DNA of 64,000 nucleotides from Armatimonadota bacterium (GTDB lineage Bacteria > Armatimonadota > SYMT01), in assembly GCA_041690135.1 (NCBI GenBank), contig JAWLHY010000002.1:1072342-1136341 (forward strand), read 5' to 3'. Of the stretch, positions 37,824-48,299 are shown one piece after another (within the stretch, counting starts at the first letter, position 1; every line of letters begins with the position of its first letter). The translations under genes were made by a program, and so were the position numbers. The notes beneath the pieces were generated by a model, which worked only from the letters and a program-made list of their open reading frames with translations, was not told the DNA's origin and made no database searches.

Positions 37824-38657
37824 ATGAACCCCGTGCAGAAGGCCTTGTGGTTCGTCGAGAGCCATTCCCGTGAAGAGATCACGCTGGAGGACATCGCCCG
37901 CGTCTGCGAGGTGTCCGCCTACCATCTCACGCGGGCCTTCGCGGCGACGATGGGCGTGCCGTTGATGCGGTACGTGCGGGGTCGCCGTCTCACGGAAGCC
38001 GCCCGGCAGCTTGCCCGGGGAGCCGACGACATCCTCTCCGTCGCACTCGAGGCCGGTTACGGCTCGCATGAGGCGTTCACCCGTGCGTTCCGGGACCAGT
38101 TCGGCCTCACCCCCGAGCAGGCCCGCGCTCGGGGGCATCTTTCTGACCTACCCTTAATGGAGGCGATCGCGATGAGTATGACACCCGTTCCCACCCTCGC
38201 ACCCCCGCGCTTTGAAACCCTGGGGTCCGTCCGCCTGGCCGGGCTGGTAGAGCGTTACGGCTGCCAGGCGTCCCAGGGCATTCCCGAGCAGTGGCAGCGG
38301 TTCGGTCCCTACCTCGGCCACGTTTGCGGCCAGGTGGGAGAGGCCGCGTACGGTGCCAGCTTCAACTTCGATGGTGACGGCAACTTCGACTACCTGTGCG
38401 GCGTGGAGGTGAACGGCGTCGCGGCGCCGCCGCGGGACCTCGCCGTGCTGGAGTTGGCCCCGCAGCGATACGCCGTGTTCACGCATTCCGGTCACGTGGC
38501 CGGGATCCGCGCCACCTGCGCCGCGATCTGGAACGACTGGTTCCCGTCTTCCGGCTGTCAGGCAGTTCAGGCCCCGATGTTCGAGCGCTACGGACCCGAG
38601 TTCAATCCCTTGACCGGGTTGGGGGGCTTCGAAATCTGGATCCCGGTCCAGAGATAG
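37824..38657 (+). CDS. AraC family regulator with GyrI-like effector domain
   Basis: N-terminal double HTH (GYGSHEAFTRAFR), C-terminal YAVFTH...FERY...EIWIPV. Confidence 0.92.
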   Translation: MNPVQKALWFVESHSREEITLEDIARVCEVSAYHLTRAFAATMGVPLMRYVRGRRLTEAARQLARGADDILSVALEAGYGSHEAFTRAFRDQFGLTPEQARARGHLSDLPLMEAIAMSMTPVPTLAPPRFETLGSVRLAGLVERYGCQASQGIPEQWQRFGPYLGHVCGQVGEAAYGASFNFDGDGNFDYLCGVEVNGVAAPPRDLAVLELAPQRYAVFTHSGHVAGIRATCAAIWNDWFPSSGCQAVQAPMFERYGPEFNPLTGLGGFEIWIPVQR

Positions 38658-38658
38658 G

Positions 38659-39855
38659 TCACCGCGTGTAGGCGAGGGCGGGGTCGGTGTCGTCGCGGGC
38701 GGAGTTCAACCCTGGCGTGGGCAGTAGCCGGTCGGCCTGGCGGTCGTACAGGTAGATGTCGCGGGCCCCCTCGCCGCCGAACCGTTCGGAAACGAAGGTG
38801 AGATATCGGCCGTCCGGACTCAGCGCTGGGCTCTGGTCCGGGCCCGAGCCGTTCAGTCCGGGCAGCGGCACCAGGGCCCGCTTCTGCCGGTCGTAGAGGT
38901 AGACGTCCAGATTGCCGGAGCCTGCCGGGCGACCGGGCTGCTGGGGCCGGGTCGAGACGAAGGCGACCCACCGCCCATCCGCACTGATTGCCGGCTCCGT
39001 CTCACGGGAGGGGGAGTTGAGACCAGGTAGGGGCTCCAGGCGCTTCTCCAAAAGGTCGTACAGGTAGATGTCCTGGAGACCGGCCCCGCCGGGTCGGGAC
39101 GAGGCGAAGGCGAGCCAGCGGCCGTCTCCACTGAGCGAGGGCATCCGGTCGTCATCGTCGGAGTTGAGCCCCGGGCATTCCAGGAGAGTTTTCGAGTTCC
39201 GATCCAACACGTAGAGGTTCCAACCCGAGGGGGCCGAGCGCCGGAGCGAGGCAAAGACGCAGAGGCGGCCGTCCGCACTGAGGCATGGGGACATATCGAC
39301 CGCGGACGTCTCCGGAATCGCCGTCTCCTCGACTCGTTGGTCCGGCACGCTCCAGAGTGCCAGCCGGCTCTGCTTCCCCACGTCTTCGTAGTTGTAGGCG
39401 CACAGGCGCCCGTCCGGGGTGAGGCAGGGCTCGAAATCACTGCGGTCCTTGATGCGCGGCACTTCCCCGGAGACCTTTCCCCCGGCGACCCCGTCGTGCG
39501 CGTAGAAGTAGAGATAGGGATGGCCGACGTGAGCCCGATACGAAGCCACTGCTATCAGCAGGGGGTACGGTTTGGCAGGAGGAGGTGCTGGGTTGCAGGT
39601 TGGCAAGTTGGAAGGTTGAAGGTTGGGAACCCTTGTCGTCGGAAACGGGTGCCGTTTGGCGGAGGTGGGTGCAGGCCCCCCTCGAGGGCTAAAGGTTGGC
39701 AAGTTGGCAAGTTGGTAGGTTGAAGGTTGAAGGTCGGGAACCCGGGCGAACCAGAGGGGGTGCGGTTTGGCGCATAGGTGTTCTAGCGCAGGCATTGCGA
39801 CCGCGCTGGTGAGGAGCGCGGTGATCAGTAGCGGGAACTGCTGCCCTCTCCCCAC
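38659..39855 (-). CDS. TolB-like PD40 beta-propeller protein
   Basis: Repeated P-x-LS-x-DGR-x-x-xF-x-S-x-R...DIYLYD units; signal-like segment; start uncertain. Confidence 0.8.
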   Translation of the reverse strand: MGRGQQFPLLITALLTSAVAMPALEHLCAKPHPLWFARVPDLQPSTYQLANLPTFSPRGGPAPTSAKRHPFPTTRVPNLQPSNLPTCNPAPPPAKPYPLLIAVASYRAHVGHPYLYFYAHDGVAGGKVSGEVPRIKDRSDFEPCLTPDGRLCAYNYEDVGKQSRLALWSVPDQRVEETAIPETSAVDMSPCLSADGRLCVFASLRRSAPSGWNLYVLDRNSKTLLECPGLNSDDDDRMPSLSGDGRWLAFASSRPGGAGLQDIYLYDLLEKRLEPLPGLNSPSRETEPAISADGRWVAFVSTRPQQPGRPAGSGNLDVYLYDRQKRALVPLPGLNGSGPDQSPALSPDGRYLTFVSERFGGEGARDIYLYDRQADRLLPTPGLNSARDDTDPALAYTR

Positions 39856-40121
39856 GGGTGCGGTTATTCGATATCTGTCAGCCTTCAATACCAGCAACCT
39901 CGACATTTTGCCAATTGGCAACCGGCGATCCGTTCCTGCCCTGCCCTGCCAAACGGTGCTCGACATGCCTCCGAGGGTTTCCAACCTGCAAACTTGCCAA
40001 CTTGCCAACCCAGATCCCCTCTCCGGTTAACCCGTACCCCATCTGACACCCGGGGTTTCCAATCTTCAACCTTCAACCTTCAACCTGCAATCCCTGATCC
40101 CGGTCTGCCAATCCGTACCCG

Positions 40122-41447
40122 TCAAAGGACCTCCGGAAGGGGTTCGCCGGATCCCACGAAAGGACGCGCGCGGGGATCGTCGTTAGCATTCACGCCCAGG
40201 ATGCGGTAGAGGGTGGTCACGAAGTCGGGAAGGGACACCGGGCGACTGGCCGGATAGGCGCCCTGGGCGTCGCTGTCGCCGATGATCGTGCCGCGGGGGA
40301 CGCCAGCGCCAGCCAGCAGCACGGACTGGCAGGGCGGCCAGTGGTCCCGGCCACCCCACTGGTTCATCTTGGGGGTGCGGCCGAATTCGCCCACCGCCAC
40401 CACCAGCGTCTGCTCCAGCAGGCCCCGGTCATCCAGGTCGCGAAGGAGGGTGGCCATTCCGTGGTCAAAGCGAGGGCACAGCTGTGTCTCCATCCGCGAG
40501 AGACCAGGCAACTCCGCGCCGTGGATATCCCAGGCGTCGAACGCGGAAGAGTCGTCGGAGTAATCCCCGAACCACTTGATCTCCACGAAGCGGCTGCCGG
40601 CTTCGATCAGACGGCGGGCCAGGAGGCAGCTCTGTCCGAACTTATTCGCACCGTAGGCATCCCGCAGGCGCGCGGGCTCCTTCCCCAGGTCCAGCGCTCG
40701 CCGGACCTCCGCCGAGGTCAGTGCGGTGATGGCTCGCCGGTACGCCGCGTCGCGGGTTGCGATGATCGGATCGGCCTCCAGGCCACGGCGCCAGTGGTCG
40801 AATTCCTCGGCGAGCTTCAACCGGCGGGCGAAACGGTGCTCACCTAGTGCCGCAGGCGGATCGAAGTCGGGTAGGACCACGCGCGGGGCGGAGGGGTCGG
40901 GGATGTGGACCGGATCGAAACCGGCCCCTAGTCGCCCGCCCCCGATCCCCAGGATCTGCTTGCCCAGGCGGAAGAACGGAACCATCTCCGCGTCGCGCGC
41001 CTGCAGATACGTGAAAACGGCCCCGAAGGTGGTGTCTCCGGTGGTCGAGCCGGTCATCACGTGCCGGGCGCTGTGGATATCAAAGGAATGGGTGAGGGTT
41101 CGGATGACCGTGAACCGGTGCATCTCCTGGGAGAGGTTGGGCAGTAGCTCACTGATCCGTATGCCGGAGACGCTCGTCTCGATGGCGCCGTAGGGCCCCC
41201 GGATCTCGGCCGGCTGCTCCGGCTTGGGATCGAAGGTCTCGTACTGGCTCGGTCCGCCGTTGAGGAAGATGAAGATGCAACTCCGGTCCGCACGGTTTCC
41301 CGGGGCGGGCTTCGGCGAGGCTTGGGCCGCTGGCGCGAAGGCATCCGCCAGGGTAAGCCCCAGCGTGCCCACCCCTCCGAGGGTGAGCATCCGGCGCCGT
41401 GAAACCCCCTCACAGGTTCGGACCCGACCTTCGCCTAACTCCAGCAT
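40122..41447 (-). CDS. DUF1501 domain protein
   Basis: SRRRML, GGPSQYETFDPKP, LLARRLIEAG, GEFGRTP, GRDHW. Confidence 0.92.
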   Translation of the reverse strand: MLELGEGRVRTCEGVSRRRMLTLGGVGTLGLTLADAFAPAAQASPKPAPGNRADRSCIFIFLNGGPSQYETFDPKPEQPAEIRGPYGAIETSVSGIRISELLPNLSQEMHRFTVIRTLTHSFDIHSARHVMTGSTTGDTTFGAVFTYLQARDAEMVPFFRLGKQILGIGGGRLGAGFDPVHIPDPSAPRVVLPDFDPPAALGEHRFARRLKLAEEFDHWRRGLEADPIIATRDAAYRRAITALTSAEVRRALDLGKEPARLRDAYGANKFGQSCLLARRLIEAGSRFVEIKWFGDYSDDSSAFDAWDIHGAELPGLSRMETQLCPRFDHGMATLLRDLDDRGLLEQTLVVAVGEFGRTPKMNQWGGRDHWPPCQSVLLAGAGVPRGTIIGDSDAQGAYPASRPVSLPDFVTTLYRILGVNANDDPRARPFVGSGEPLPEVL

Positions 41448-41764
41448 CGTTCGCCTCCACGGAACCGGTCGTCCCCGGGTGCGCCACTTCTCTCGCATTC
41501 CGACACCCGCTCGCGGGGCCGGTTTCACGGTTGAAGGCGAACGGCGGAGAACCGGGTTCGAGCCTGTTTTCCATCCCCTCTCGTGGTCGTTGTGGAAGCG
41601 AATGAACGCGAGGAGTGGCTGCCCGGAGGTTTGGTGACCGGCGGCGTGGCCTCATTGCACTCCGGGAGGCTCAGCGCTTACCGTAGGTGTTGTGAACATC
41701 AGTACGGAACGGGGAGATTGCAGCGGATGAAATGCGGCGGGTGTTGGTGAATGGGAGGGGGACT

Positions 41765-42988
41765 ATGAGCACTTCTACCTACCATCGACGGGAAGTTCTG
41801 GTTAGATGCGTGGCGCTGCTTTTGGGCGAGCGCGGTCTTGAAGTCTGGGCGGCGGGGCGGCGCGAAGGGAGCGGCGGCGGACCGGCGTCCATCGAGAAGG
41901 TGACGCTCCGGCGCGGGCGGGATGGCTCCGGGCCTTCGTGGTTCCACCCGCGGCCGTGCGTGATCCCGGGTGAGAAGGGGCCGCGCGTCTTCATGACGCT
42001 TCAGACCATCGGCGGCTCGGACTATTTCGGGCCGGTGCACTGGATGGAGTCCGCGGACCGGGGACGGACCTGGACGGAGCCCCGTCCGGTGCCGGCGCTG
42101 GGAAGGCTTCCACTGGACGGGGGACGGGAAGAGGGAGTGTGCGACGTGGTGCCGGAGTATCATCCGCGCACCGAGAGCGTGCTGGCCCTGGGGCACGATG
42201 TTTACTATGGCAGTGGGCGCCTCCTCCGGCCGCAGCCGTCGCGGCGACCCGTCTACGCGGTGTGGCGCAACGGGGCGTGGGGAGAGCGGCGCAAGCTGGC
42301 CTGGGACGACCCGCGCGGCGCCCACATCTACACGAACAACTGCGGCCAGCGGGTGATGCTGCCGAACGGCGACGTGTTGTTCGTGATGTCGTTCGGGGCA
42401 GGGGAGCGGAGCCGCTCGGCCGCCAGCGCGCTCTGCTCATTTGACGGGGAAACGCTGGCGATCCGGAAGGTGGGACCGGAGATCCGCCACGCGGCGGGCC
42501 GGGGCCTGCTGGAGCCCTCGCTGGTGCGTCACGGCGGGAAGTTCTTCGTTACCCTGCGCGCGGAAGATAGCCGGGGCTACGTCGCTGCGTCCGACGAGGG
42601 TCTCGAATGGTCCGAGAAGCAGGCCTGGGCCTGGGACGACGGGCAGTTCCTGGAGATGTCCACCACCCAGCAGCACTGGCTGCCTCACGGGGACCGGCTG
42701 TACCTGGTCTACACCCGGAAGGACCCGTCGAACGTCAACGTAATGCGGTGGCGGGCGCCGCTCTACATGGCGGAGGTGGATACCCGGAAGCTGCGCCTGG
42801 TCCGCGCCACCGAACGAGTGGTGCTCCCCCTTGTGGGGGATGGAGTGAACGCTCCGGACGGCGTGGCGTTGATGGGCAACTTCCACCCGGTGGTCGTCAG
42901 CCCGGAAGAGGCGTGGGTAACGGTGGGGGAGATGCTTCCCCGGCGCGGTTACCGCGGCGACCTTCTCCTTGCCCGGATCCTCTGGTGA
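41765..42988 (+). CDS. Sialidase-like/BNR beta-propeller protein
   Basis: Asp-box SADRGRTW and SDEGLEW, RGLLEPS, RWRAPL. Confidence 0.75.
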   Translation: MSTSTYHRREVLVRCVALLLGERGLEVWAAGRREGSGGGPASIEKVTLRRGRDGSGPSWFHPRPCVIPGEKGPRVFMTLQTIGGSDYFGPVHWMESADRGRTWTEPRPVPALGRLPLDGGREEGVCDVVPEYHPRTESVLALGHDVYYGSGRLLRPQPSRRPVYAVWRNGAWGERRKLAWDDPRGAHIYTNNCGQRVMLPNGDVLFVMSFGAGERSRSAASALCSFDGETLAIRKVGPEIRHAAGRGLLEPSLVRHGGKFFVTLRAEDSRGYVAASDEGLEWSEKQAWAWDDGQFLEMSTTQQHWLPHGDRLYLVYTRKDPSNVNVMRWRAPLYMAEVDTRKLRLVRATERVVLPLVGDGVNAPDGVALMGNFHPVVVSPEEAWVTVGEMLPRRGYRGDLLLARILW

Positions 42989-43276
42989 TGCAGGACGACT
43001 ACGAGGCGGCGTAGCGGCTTCTGGGTCGGCAGGTTGGAAGGTTGAAGGTTGAAGTCCTCCTCGGGAGCCAGAAGGTGAAGGGTGAGGTTGGACTTCGCTC
43101 CGTTCCAACACGCGACTGGCCGTGTGCGCTGATGAAAACCTTCCCTCCTTGGTTCTCCATAGCCTGCGGAGGTTTACGCCCCGAGGGGGTGCAGGCTTCG
43201 CCGTTTGTAGCCGCGAGTTTACTCGCCCAGCCGCACACGGCCGGTCATGAATGTGTGGTCATTTTTTCAGTTCCCA

Positions 43277-44014
43277 TCAGTCGCTTCGCTGCGAATCTAG
43301 GTCTACGCGCCACGCACTACGCAGGTGTGTTGATATCAGAGGGGTGAGGAGATCCACCCAGCGCTTCGCGCCGTCGAGGACCACAGAATCGGAGCTGGCC
43401 ACGATGGCGTTCCCGTTGATGAGGGCCTGATCGGGGTTGAACAGGGTCTCGACGGTCCAGTTCCAGCCGTGTTCTTCCGCCATCTCCCGAAGGCGGGCGG
43501 CGAGGCGCCCGCTATTGGAGATGGGGCTATCCAGGAGCCAGCGGACGGAAGCGGGACCCAGGGGTTGGAGAAACTCGCCGAGCAGGCGGATCGCCGGCTC
43601 AGTCTCCTCCACCGAGCGGTACGAGCCGTGGATGCTGGCGATGTCGCGGGTGCACCCGTCGCGGCAGCATAGTAGCACCGCTCCGCTCAAGGCGGCTTCC
43701 AGGGTGATGATCAGGTTGAAGCCGTCCACCGCCAGGTCGTGTCCGCCCATACCCTCGAGCGGTACGCGACTCGCGGCGCGTCGCTCCTTCTCTCCGTCCG
43801 AACAGGCGGCGCGGGACACGGCGACTCGCTGGCGTTCGCTCAGGCGGTAGCGGTCTCCCACCAGCTTCAGTGCCGCTCTTCCCGGGTACTCGTGCGTCAG
43901 CAGCCACGAGAGGTCTCGCACGGCGACCCGCAGCGCAGGAAGTTGCACCTCTCCGAAAAGCTTCGCGTCCTCCGGGTGAGCACCCCGGTGTTTGCGTGTG
44001 TCCGGCACATCCAC
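43277..44014 (-). CDS. DUF434 domain protein
   Basis: RKHRGAHPED, LVGDRYRL, VDGFNL, SNSGRL, SSDSVVLD. Confidence 0.85.
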   Translation of the reverse strand: MDVPDTRKHRGAHPEDAKLFGEVQLPALRVAVRDLSWLLTHEYPGRAALKLVGDRYRLSERQRVAVSRAACSDGEKERRAASRVPLEGMGGHDLAVDGFNLIITLEAALSGAVLLCCRDGCTRDIASIHGSYRSVEETEPAIRLLGEFLQPLGPASVRWLLDSPISNSGRLAARLREMAEEHGWNWTVETLFNPDQALINGNAIVASSDSVVLDGAKRWVDLLTPLISTHLRSAWRVDLDSQRSD

Positions 44015-44201
44015 CTCTCTTGGATCACCTAAAATGGGAGCCGAAGTTCCGGCCCTACCCTACGGTCCGAGGGAAGTGTACTTGCTGGATACCTCCTGTG
44101 GCGAGTGCCGTGCGGAGCGCCAACTTCTCCCTGTGGAGCGCGCGGGTAGCCGATCCTGCCGGCCCCGCCCTGGCTGCATCCACTCGGGATTTCCGGACAA
44201 T

Positions 44202-44426
44202 CTACATGCCCGCGTCGTTGCGGATTGCGACCAGCTCCACATCGAAGATGAGCGTGGCGTCTGGGGGGATGGCGCCGCCGGGAATGCCGGCCGGCCCATT
44301 CCCAAGGTCGGGCGGAATTACGAGACGGCGTTTCTCTCCGATCCGCATCCCTTCAATTCCCTCTTCGAATCCGGGGATGCAGCTATTCCGGCCCAGCTCG
44401 AAGGAGAACGGCTCGGGGCGATCCAC
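44202..44426 (-). pseudogene. N-terminally truncated FKBP-type peptidyl-prolyl isomerase
   Basis: C-terminal FKBP half (IPGFEEGIEGMRIGEKRRLVIPPDLG...IPPDATLIFDVEL); in-frame stop just upstream, VxVHY segment missing. Confidence 0.75.
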
Positions 44427-44715
44427 GCTGCGTTCGATGGTTCAACGTGTGGCGGAGCGCCCCGCGATTATCCGGGCGCTCGAGCCGCCGCGAGCCCTAC
44501 CCGTCCTGCTCCATGGCTCCTTTGCCTGCCAGGTGCGCGCCCCGGTGCTTGCGTGTGTCTGGCATTCCACGAAATCCCCGATATGAACTATTTCACAACC
44601 ATCCTAAGAGGTCTTGCGCCTACCTTTCCACCGGCGTATATCTCCGTTTCGGAGACGAGAGACGGCCGCCGGGTCTCCCCACGAAAACGGCGGCCCTTGC
44701 TACGGAACCAGTGGT

Positions 44716-47700
44716 ATGAAGCAGATCCAGGCGGCCGTCGGAGCCGCCGTCCTACTGGCCGGGTCCCTTACCGCGATCACGAGCGCTACCGCTCAGATCG
44801 GGAGTGTCACCATCCAGGTCGACGCGAGCGCGGACCGGCATCCGATCGATCCGAACATTTACGGTACAGCCTATGCCACCCCCGCCCAACTGGCGGACCT
44901 GAACGCGCCCTTGAACCGGTACGGAGGGAACAACGCCAGCCGTTACAACTGGCAGCTCAACGCCGACAACCGCGGCTTCGACTGGTACTTCCAGAGCGTA
45001 CCCGAAGCCAACGCCACGCCCGGCGAACGGGGTGACCGCCTCATCCGGGAGGCACGGGCCGGGGGCGCGGAGGCGTTGATCACCATTCCGGCCCTGGGTT
45101 GGGTCGCCAAGCTCGGGCCCAACCGGACGAAGCTGGCCAGCTTCTCCATTGCCAAGTACGGAGCCCAGACGGGCCGCGACTGGCAGTGGTTCCCCGACGC
45201 GGGGAACGGCATCAGCTCAGCGACCAACCAGCCGATCACCGGGAACGATCCCCACGACGCGAACATCCCCGTGGACGAAACCTTCCAACAGGGGTGGGTC
45301 CAGCAACTGGTCAACACCTGGGGCAGCGCGCAGAACGGCGGCCTCAAGTACTACGTGCTGGATAACGAGCCGACCATCTGGCACAGCACCCACCGCGACG
45401 TACACCCGGTGGGCGCCACGATGGACGAGATCCGGGACAAACTGGTCAACCATGCCCGGATGATCAAGAACGTGGACCCGACCGCCACCGTGATGGGGCC
45501 GGAGGAGTGGGGTTGGTCCGGGTACCTGTTCAGCGGCTACGACCTTCAGTGGGGCGAGAAGAACGGCTGGGGGGATTGGAGCCGGCTGCCGGACCGCAAG
45601 GCGCACGGCGGCATGGACTTCATGCCGTGGCTGCTCGACCAGTTCCGGCAGGAGCACCAGTCCAGCGGCCGGCGCCTGCTCGACGTGTTTACCGTCCACT
45701 ATTATCCCCAGGGCGGCGAGTACTCGGACAACACCAGTTCCACGATGCAGCTTCGCCGCAACCGCTCCACGCGCAGCCTGTGGGACCCGAATTACGTGGA
45801 TGAGACGTGGATCAACGACCGTGTCCGCCTGATCCCGCGCCTGAAGGAGTGGGTCAACACCTACTATCCGGAGACTCCCATCGGCCTGACCGAGTACAAC
45901 TGGGGCGCCGAGCAGCACATCAACGGGGCCACCGCCCAGGCCGACGTCTACGGCATCTTTGGGCGCGAAGGCCTGGATATGGGCTGTCGCTGGACCACTC
46001 CGCCCACCGGTTCACCGACCTACCAGGCGATGAAGCTGTACCGGAACTACGACGGCCACAAGAGCACCTTCGGTGACATCAGCGTTCGCGCAGTGGCCCC
46101 GAACCCGGACCACGTGTCGGCCTTCGCCGCCGAGCGGACCGCCGACGGCGCGCTGACAGTGATGGTCATCAACAAGCAGTTGACGACTAGCCAGCCGATC
46201 ACCCTCAACGTGGCCAACTTCCCGAGCGCCGTCCGGGCCGAGCCGTGGCAGTTGACCTCCGCCAACCAGATTACGCGGCTGCCGGACCTGGCCGTGAGCA
46301 ACGGCACGTTTTCCACCACACTGCCCGCGCAGAGCATCACCCTGTTCGTGCTCTCGGCCGGGGGGACGCCACCCCCTCCGCCCCCGCCCGGGGATCCGCT
46401 CTTCGCCTCTTCGCTGGCCGCCCAGCCATCCTCGCTGGTGATCGGCGGGGCGACCACGCTGACCGCGAACGTCTCCTGCACGGGCGGCACCCTGAACGGC
46501 GGGGTGGTGGATCTCTCCATCTACAACGGGTCCGGAACCCGCGTGGCCCAGCGCCTCTGGGAGGGGGAGAGCTTTACTGCCAACCAGGAGAAGAGCTACA
46601 GCTACGCCTGGACGCCCGGAGCCGTGGGGAACTACACGGTCAGCCTGCGGGTCACGGGTGCCGGCGGTGCGCCCGAGTATCACCTGAACAGCGGCGGCGC
46701 GACCGTATCGGTCACGCAGGCGCCCACGGCGGACCCGGTCTTCATCACGAGCGCCTCGGGCAATCCACCTTCCGTGGCTCCCGGAGGTGCCGTGACGCTG
46801 ACCGCCTTCGTGCGCTGCGCGGAAGGAAGCCTGACGGAAGGGCTGATCGACTTCGAGGTCTACAACTCGAGCGGCGCGAAGGTGGGACAGCAGTTCTGGA
46901 GCGGCGAGAGCTTCGCGCCGGGACAGGAAAAGAGCTACACCTTCGCCTGGACCGCCCCGGCGGCCCCCGGCACCTACACCCTGAAGGTGGGCGTGTTCGG
47001 GACTAACTGGAACCCGATGTACCACTGGAACTGGGACGCCGGGACGGTAACGGTCACCGGCACCCCGGCGCCGGATCCCGTGTTCTCCAGCAGCGCGTCG
47101 GTTTCCCCGGCCACGCTGCCGGGCGGCGGCACCAGCACCATCACGGCGCGGGTCACGCCCACCACGGGCAGCCTGGTCAACGGGATCATTGATGTGGAAG
47201 TCTACAGCTCCGGTGGGGCGAAGGTCGGCCAGAAGATCTGGAGCGCCCAGTCCCTGGCGACGAACCAGGAGGGCGTGTACACCTACGATTGGACGGCCCC
47301 GACCGCCGGCGGCACCTACATCGTAAAGATCGGAGTCTTCGCCGAGGGTTGGAGCAAGCAGCACCACTGGAACAACAACGCCGCGACGCTCACGGTCACG
47401 CAGACGAACCCGGACCCCACCTTCGCCAGCACCGCCTCCGCGCAGCCGGCGACAATCGCGGCCGGGGGCAGCACCACGATCACCGCGCTGATCACTCCGA
47501 CGAGCGGCGCGTTGAACGCCGGTATCATCGACATCGAGGTCTACAGCCCCACGGGTGCGAAGGTCGGCCAGAAGATCTGGGACAACGTCTCGTTGGCGAC
47601 CCAACAGGCCGGTACCTTCTCCTATAACTGGACGGCTCCGGCCACCGGCGGCAGCTATACCGTGAAGATCGGTGTCTTCGCCTCCGGGTGGGTCAAGCAG

Positions 47701-48132
47701 TTCCATTGGAACAACGGCGCAGCCACCATCGGCGTGACGCAGACGACGGTGGATCCTGTATTCGTCACCAGCGCTTCCGCCCAGCCCGCGACCCTGGCTC
47801 CGGGCCAGACGACCACCGTCACGGCCATCGTCCAGTGCACGGAGGGTGGATTGAATCGCGGCGTGATCGATGTGGAGATCTACGACGCGGCGGGCACCAA
47901 GGTCGGACAGAAGTTCTGGTCGCTCGAGTCGATCCCCGCCGGCGCACAGAAGAGCTACACCTATGCCTGGACGGCGCCCGCTACCCCGGGCACCTACACG
48001 CTGAAGGTGGGGGTGTTCGGGACAGACTGGAACCCGCTCTACCACTGGAACTGGGACGCCGGCAAGGTGACCGTGAGCCAGACCACCGCGACGACGAAGC
48101 GCAAAAAGACGAGCCGGAGGTCTCGACGATAA
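44716..48132 (+). CDS. Secreted GH44 family endoglucanase/xyloglucanase with five C-terminal repeats
   Basis: Signal peptide, RYGGN-x-x-SRYNW, LDNEP, HRDVHP, HYYPQ, TEYNWG; poly-Pro linker; five ~115-aa repeats. Confidence 0.88.
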   Translation: MKQIQAAVGAAVLLAGSLTAITSATAQIGSVTIQVDASADRHPIDPNIYGTAYATPAQLADLNAPLNRYGGNNASRYNWQLNADNRGFDWYFQSVPEANATPGERGDRLIREARAGGAEALITIPALGWVAKLGPNRTKLASFSIAKYGAQTGRDWQWFPDAGNGISSATNQPITGNDPHDANIPVDETFQQGWVQQLVNTWGSAQNGGLKYYVLDNEPTIWHSTHRDVHPVGATMDEIRDKLVNHARMIKNVDPTATVMGPEEWGWSGYLFSGYDLQWGEKNGWGDWSRLPDRKAHGGMDFMPWLLDQFRQEHQSSGRRLLDVFTVHYYPQGGEYSDNTSSTMQLRRNRSTRSLWDPNYVDETWINDRVRLIPRLKEWVNTYYPETPIGLTEYNWGAEQHINGATAQADVYGIFGREGLDMGCRWTTPPTGSPTYQAMKLYRNYDGHKSTFGDISVRAVAPNPDHVSAFAAERTADGALTVMVINKQLTTSQPITLNVANFPSAVRAEPWQLTSANQITRLPDLAVSNGTFSTTLPAQSITLFVLSAGGTPPPPPPPGDPLFASSLAAQPSSLVIGGATTLTANVSCTGGTLNGGVVDLSIYNGSGTRVAQRLWEGESFTANQEKSYSYAWTPGAVGNYTVSLRVTGAGGAPEYHLNSGGATVSVTQAPTADPVFITSASGNPPSVAPGGAVTLTAFVRCAEGSLTEGLIDFEVYNSSGAKVGQQFWSGESFAPGQEKSYTFAWTAPAAPGTYTLKVGVFGTNWNPMYHWNWDAGTVTVTGTPAPDPVFSSSASVSPATLPGGGTSTITARVTPTTGSLVNGIIDVEVYSSGGAKVGQKIWSAQSLATNQEGVYTYDWTAPTAGGTYIVKIGVFAEGWSKQHHWNNNAATLTVTQTNPDPTFASTASAQPATIAAGGSTTITALITPTSGALNAGIIDIEVYSPTGAKVGQKIWDNVSLATQQAGTFSYNWTAPATGGSYTVKIGVFASGWVKQFHWNNGAATIGVTQTTVDPVFVTSASAQPATLAPGQTTTVTAIVQCTEGGLNRGVIDVEIYDAAGTKVGQKFWSLESIPAGAQKSYTYAWTAPATPGTYTLKVGVFGTDWNPLYHWNWDAGKVTVSQTTATTKRKKTSRRSRR

Positions 48133-48151
48133 CCGAGAGGCAATAGGCGCG

Positions 48152-48190
48152 AAGAGGGGGATGGGCGGAAGAGCCGCTCATCCCCCTCTT
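48152..48190 (+). terminator. Intrinsic terminator of the GH44 gene
   Basis: 17-bp stem AAGAGGGGGATGGGCGG / CCGCTCATCCCCCTCTT then TGT, 20 nt after the stop. Confidence 0.75.
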
Positions 48191-48299
48191 TGTGAGTCCA
48201 CTTGTGCGGCTGTTCGTTTTGCCGTTCGGGAGCCGGGGTAACGGTGTGGCGTAATCCTTCCAGCGTAAGGAGAGGCGATCCATGCGACGAACAGACACG

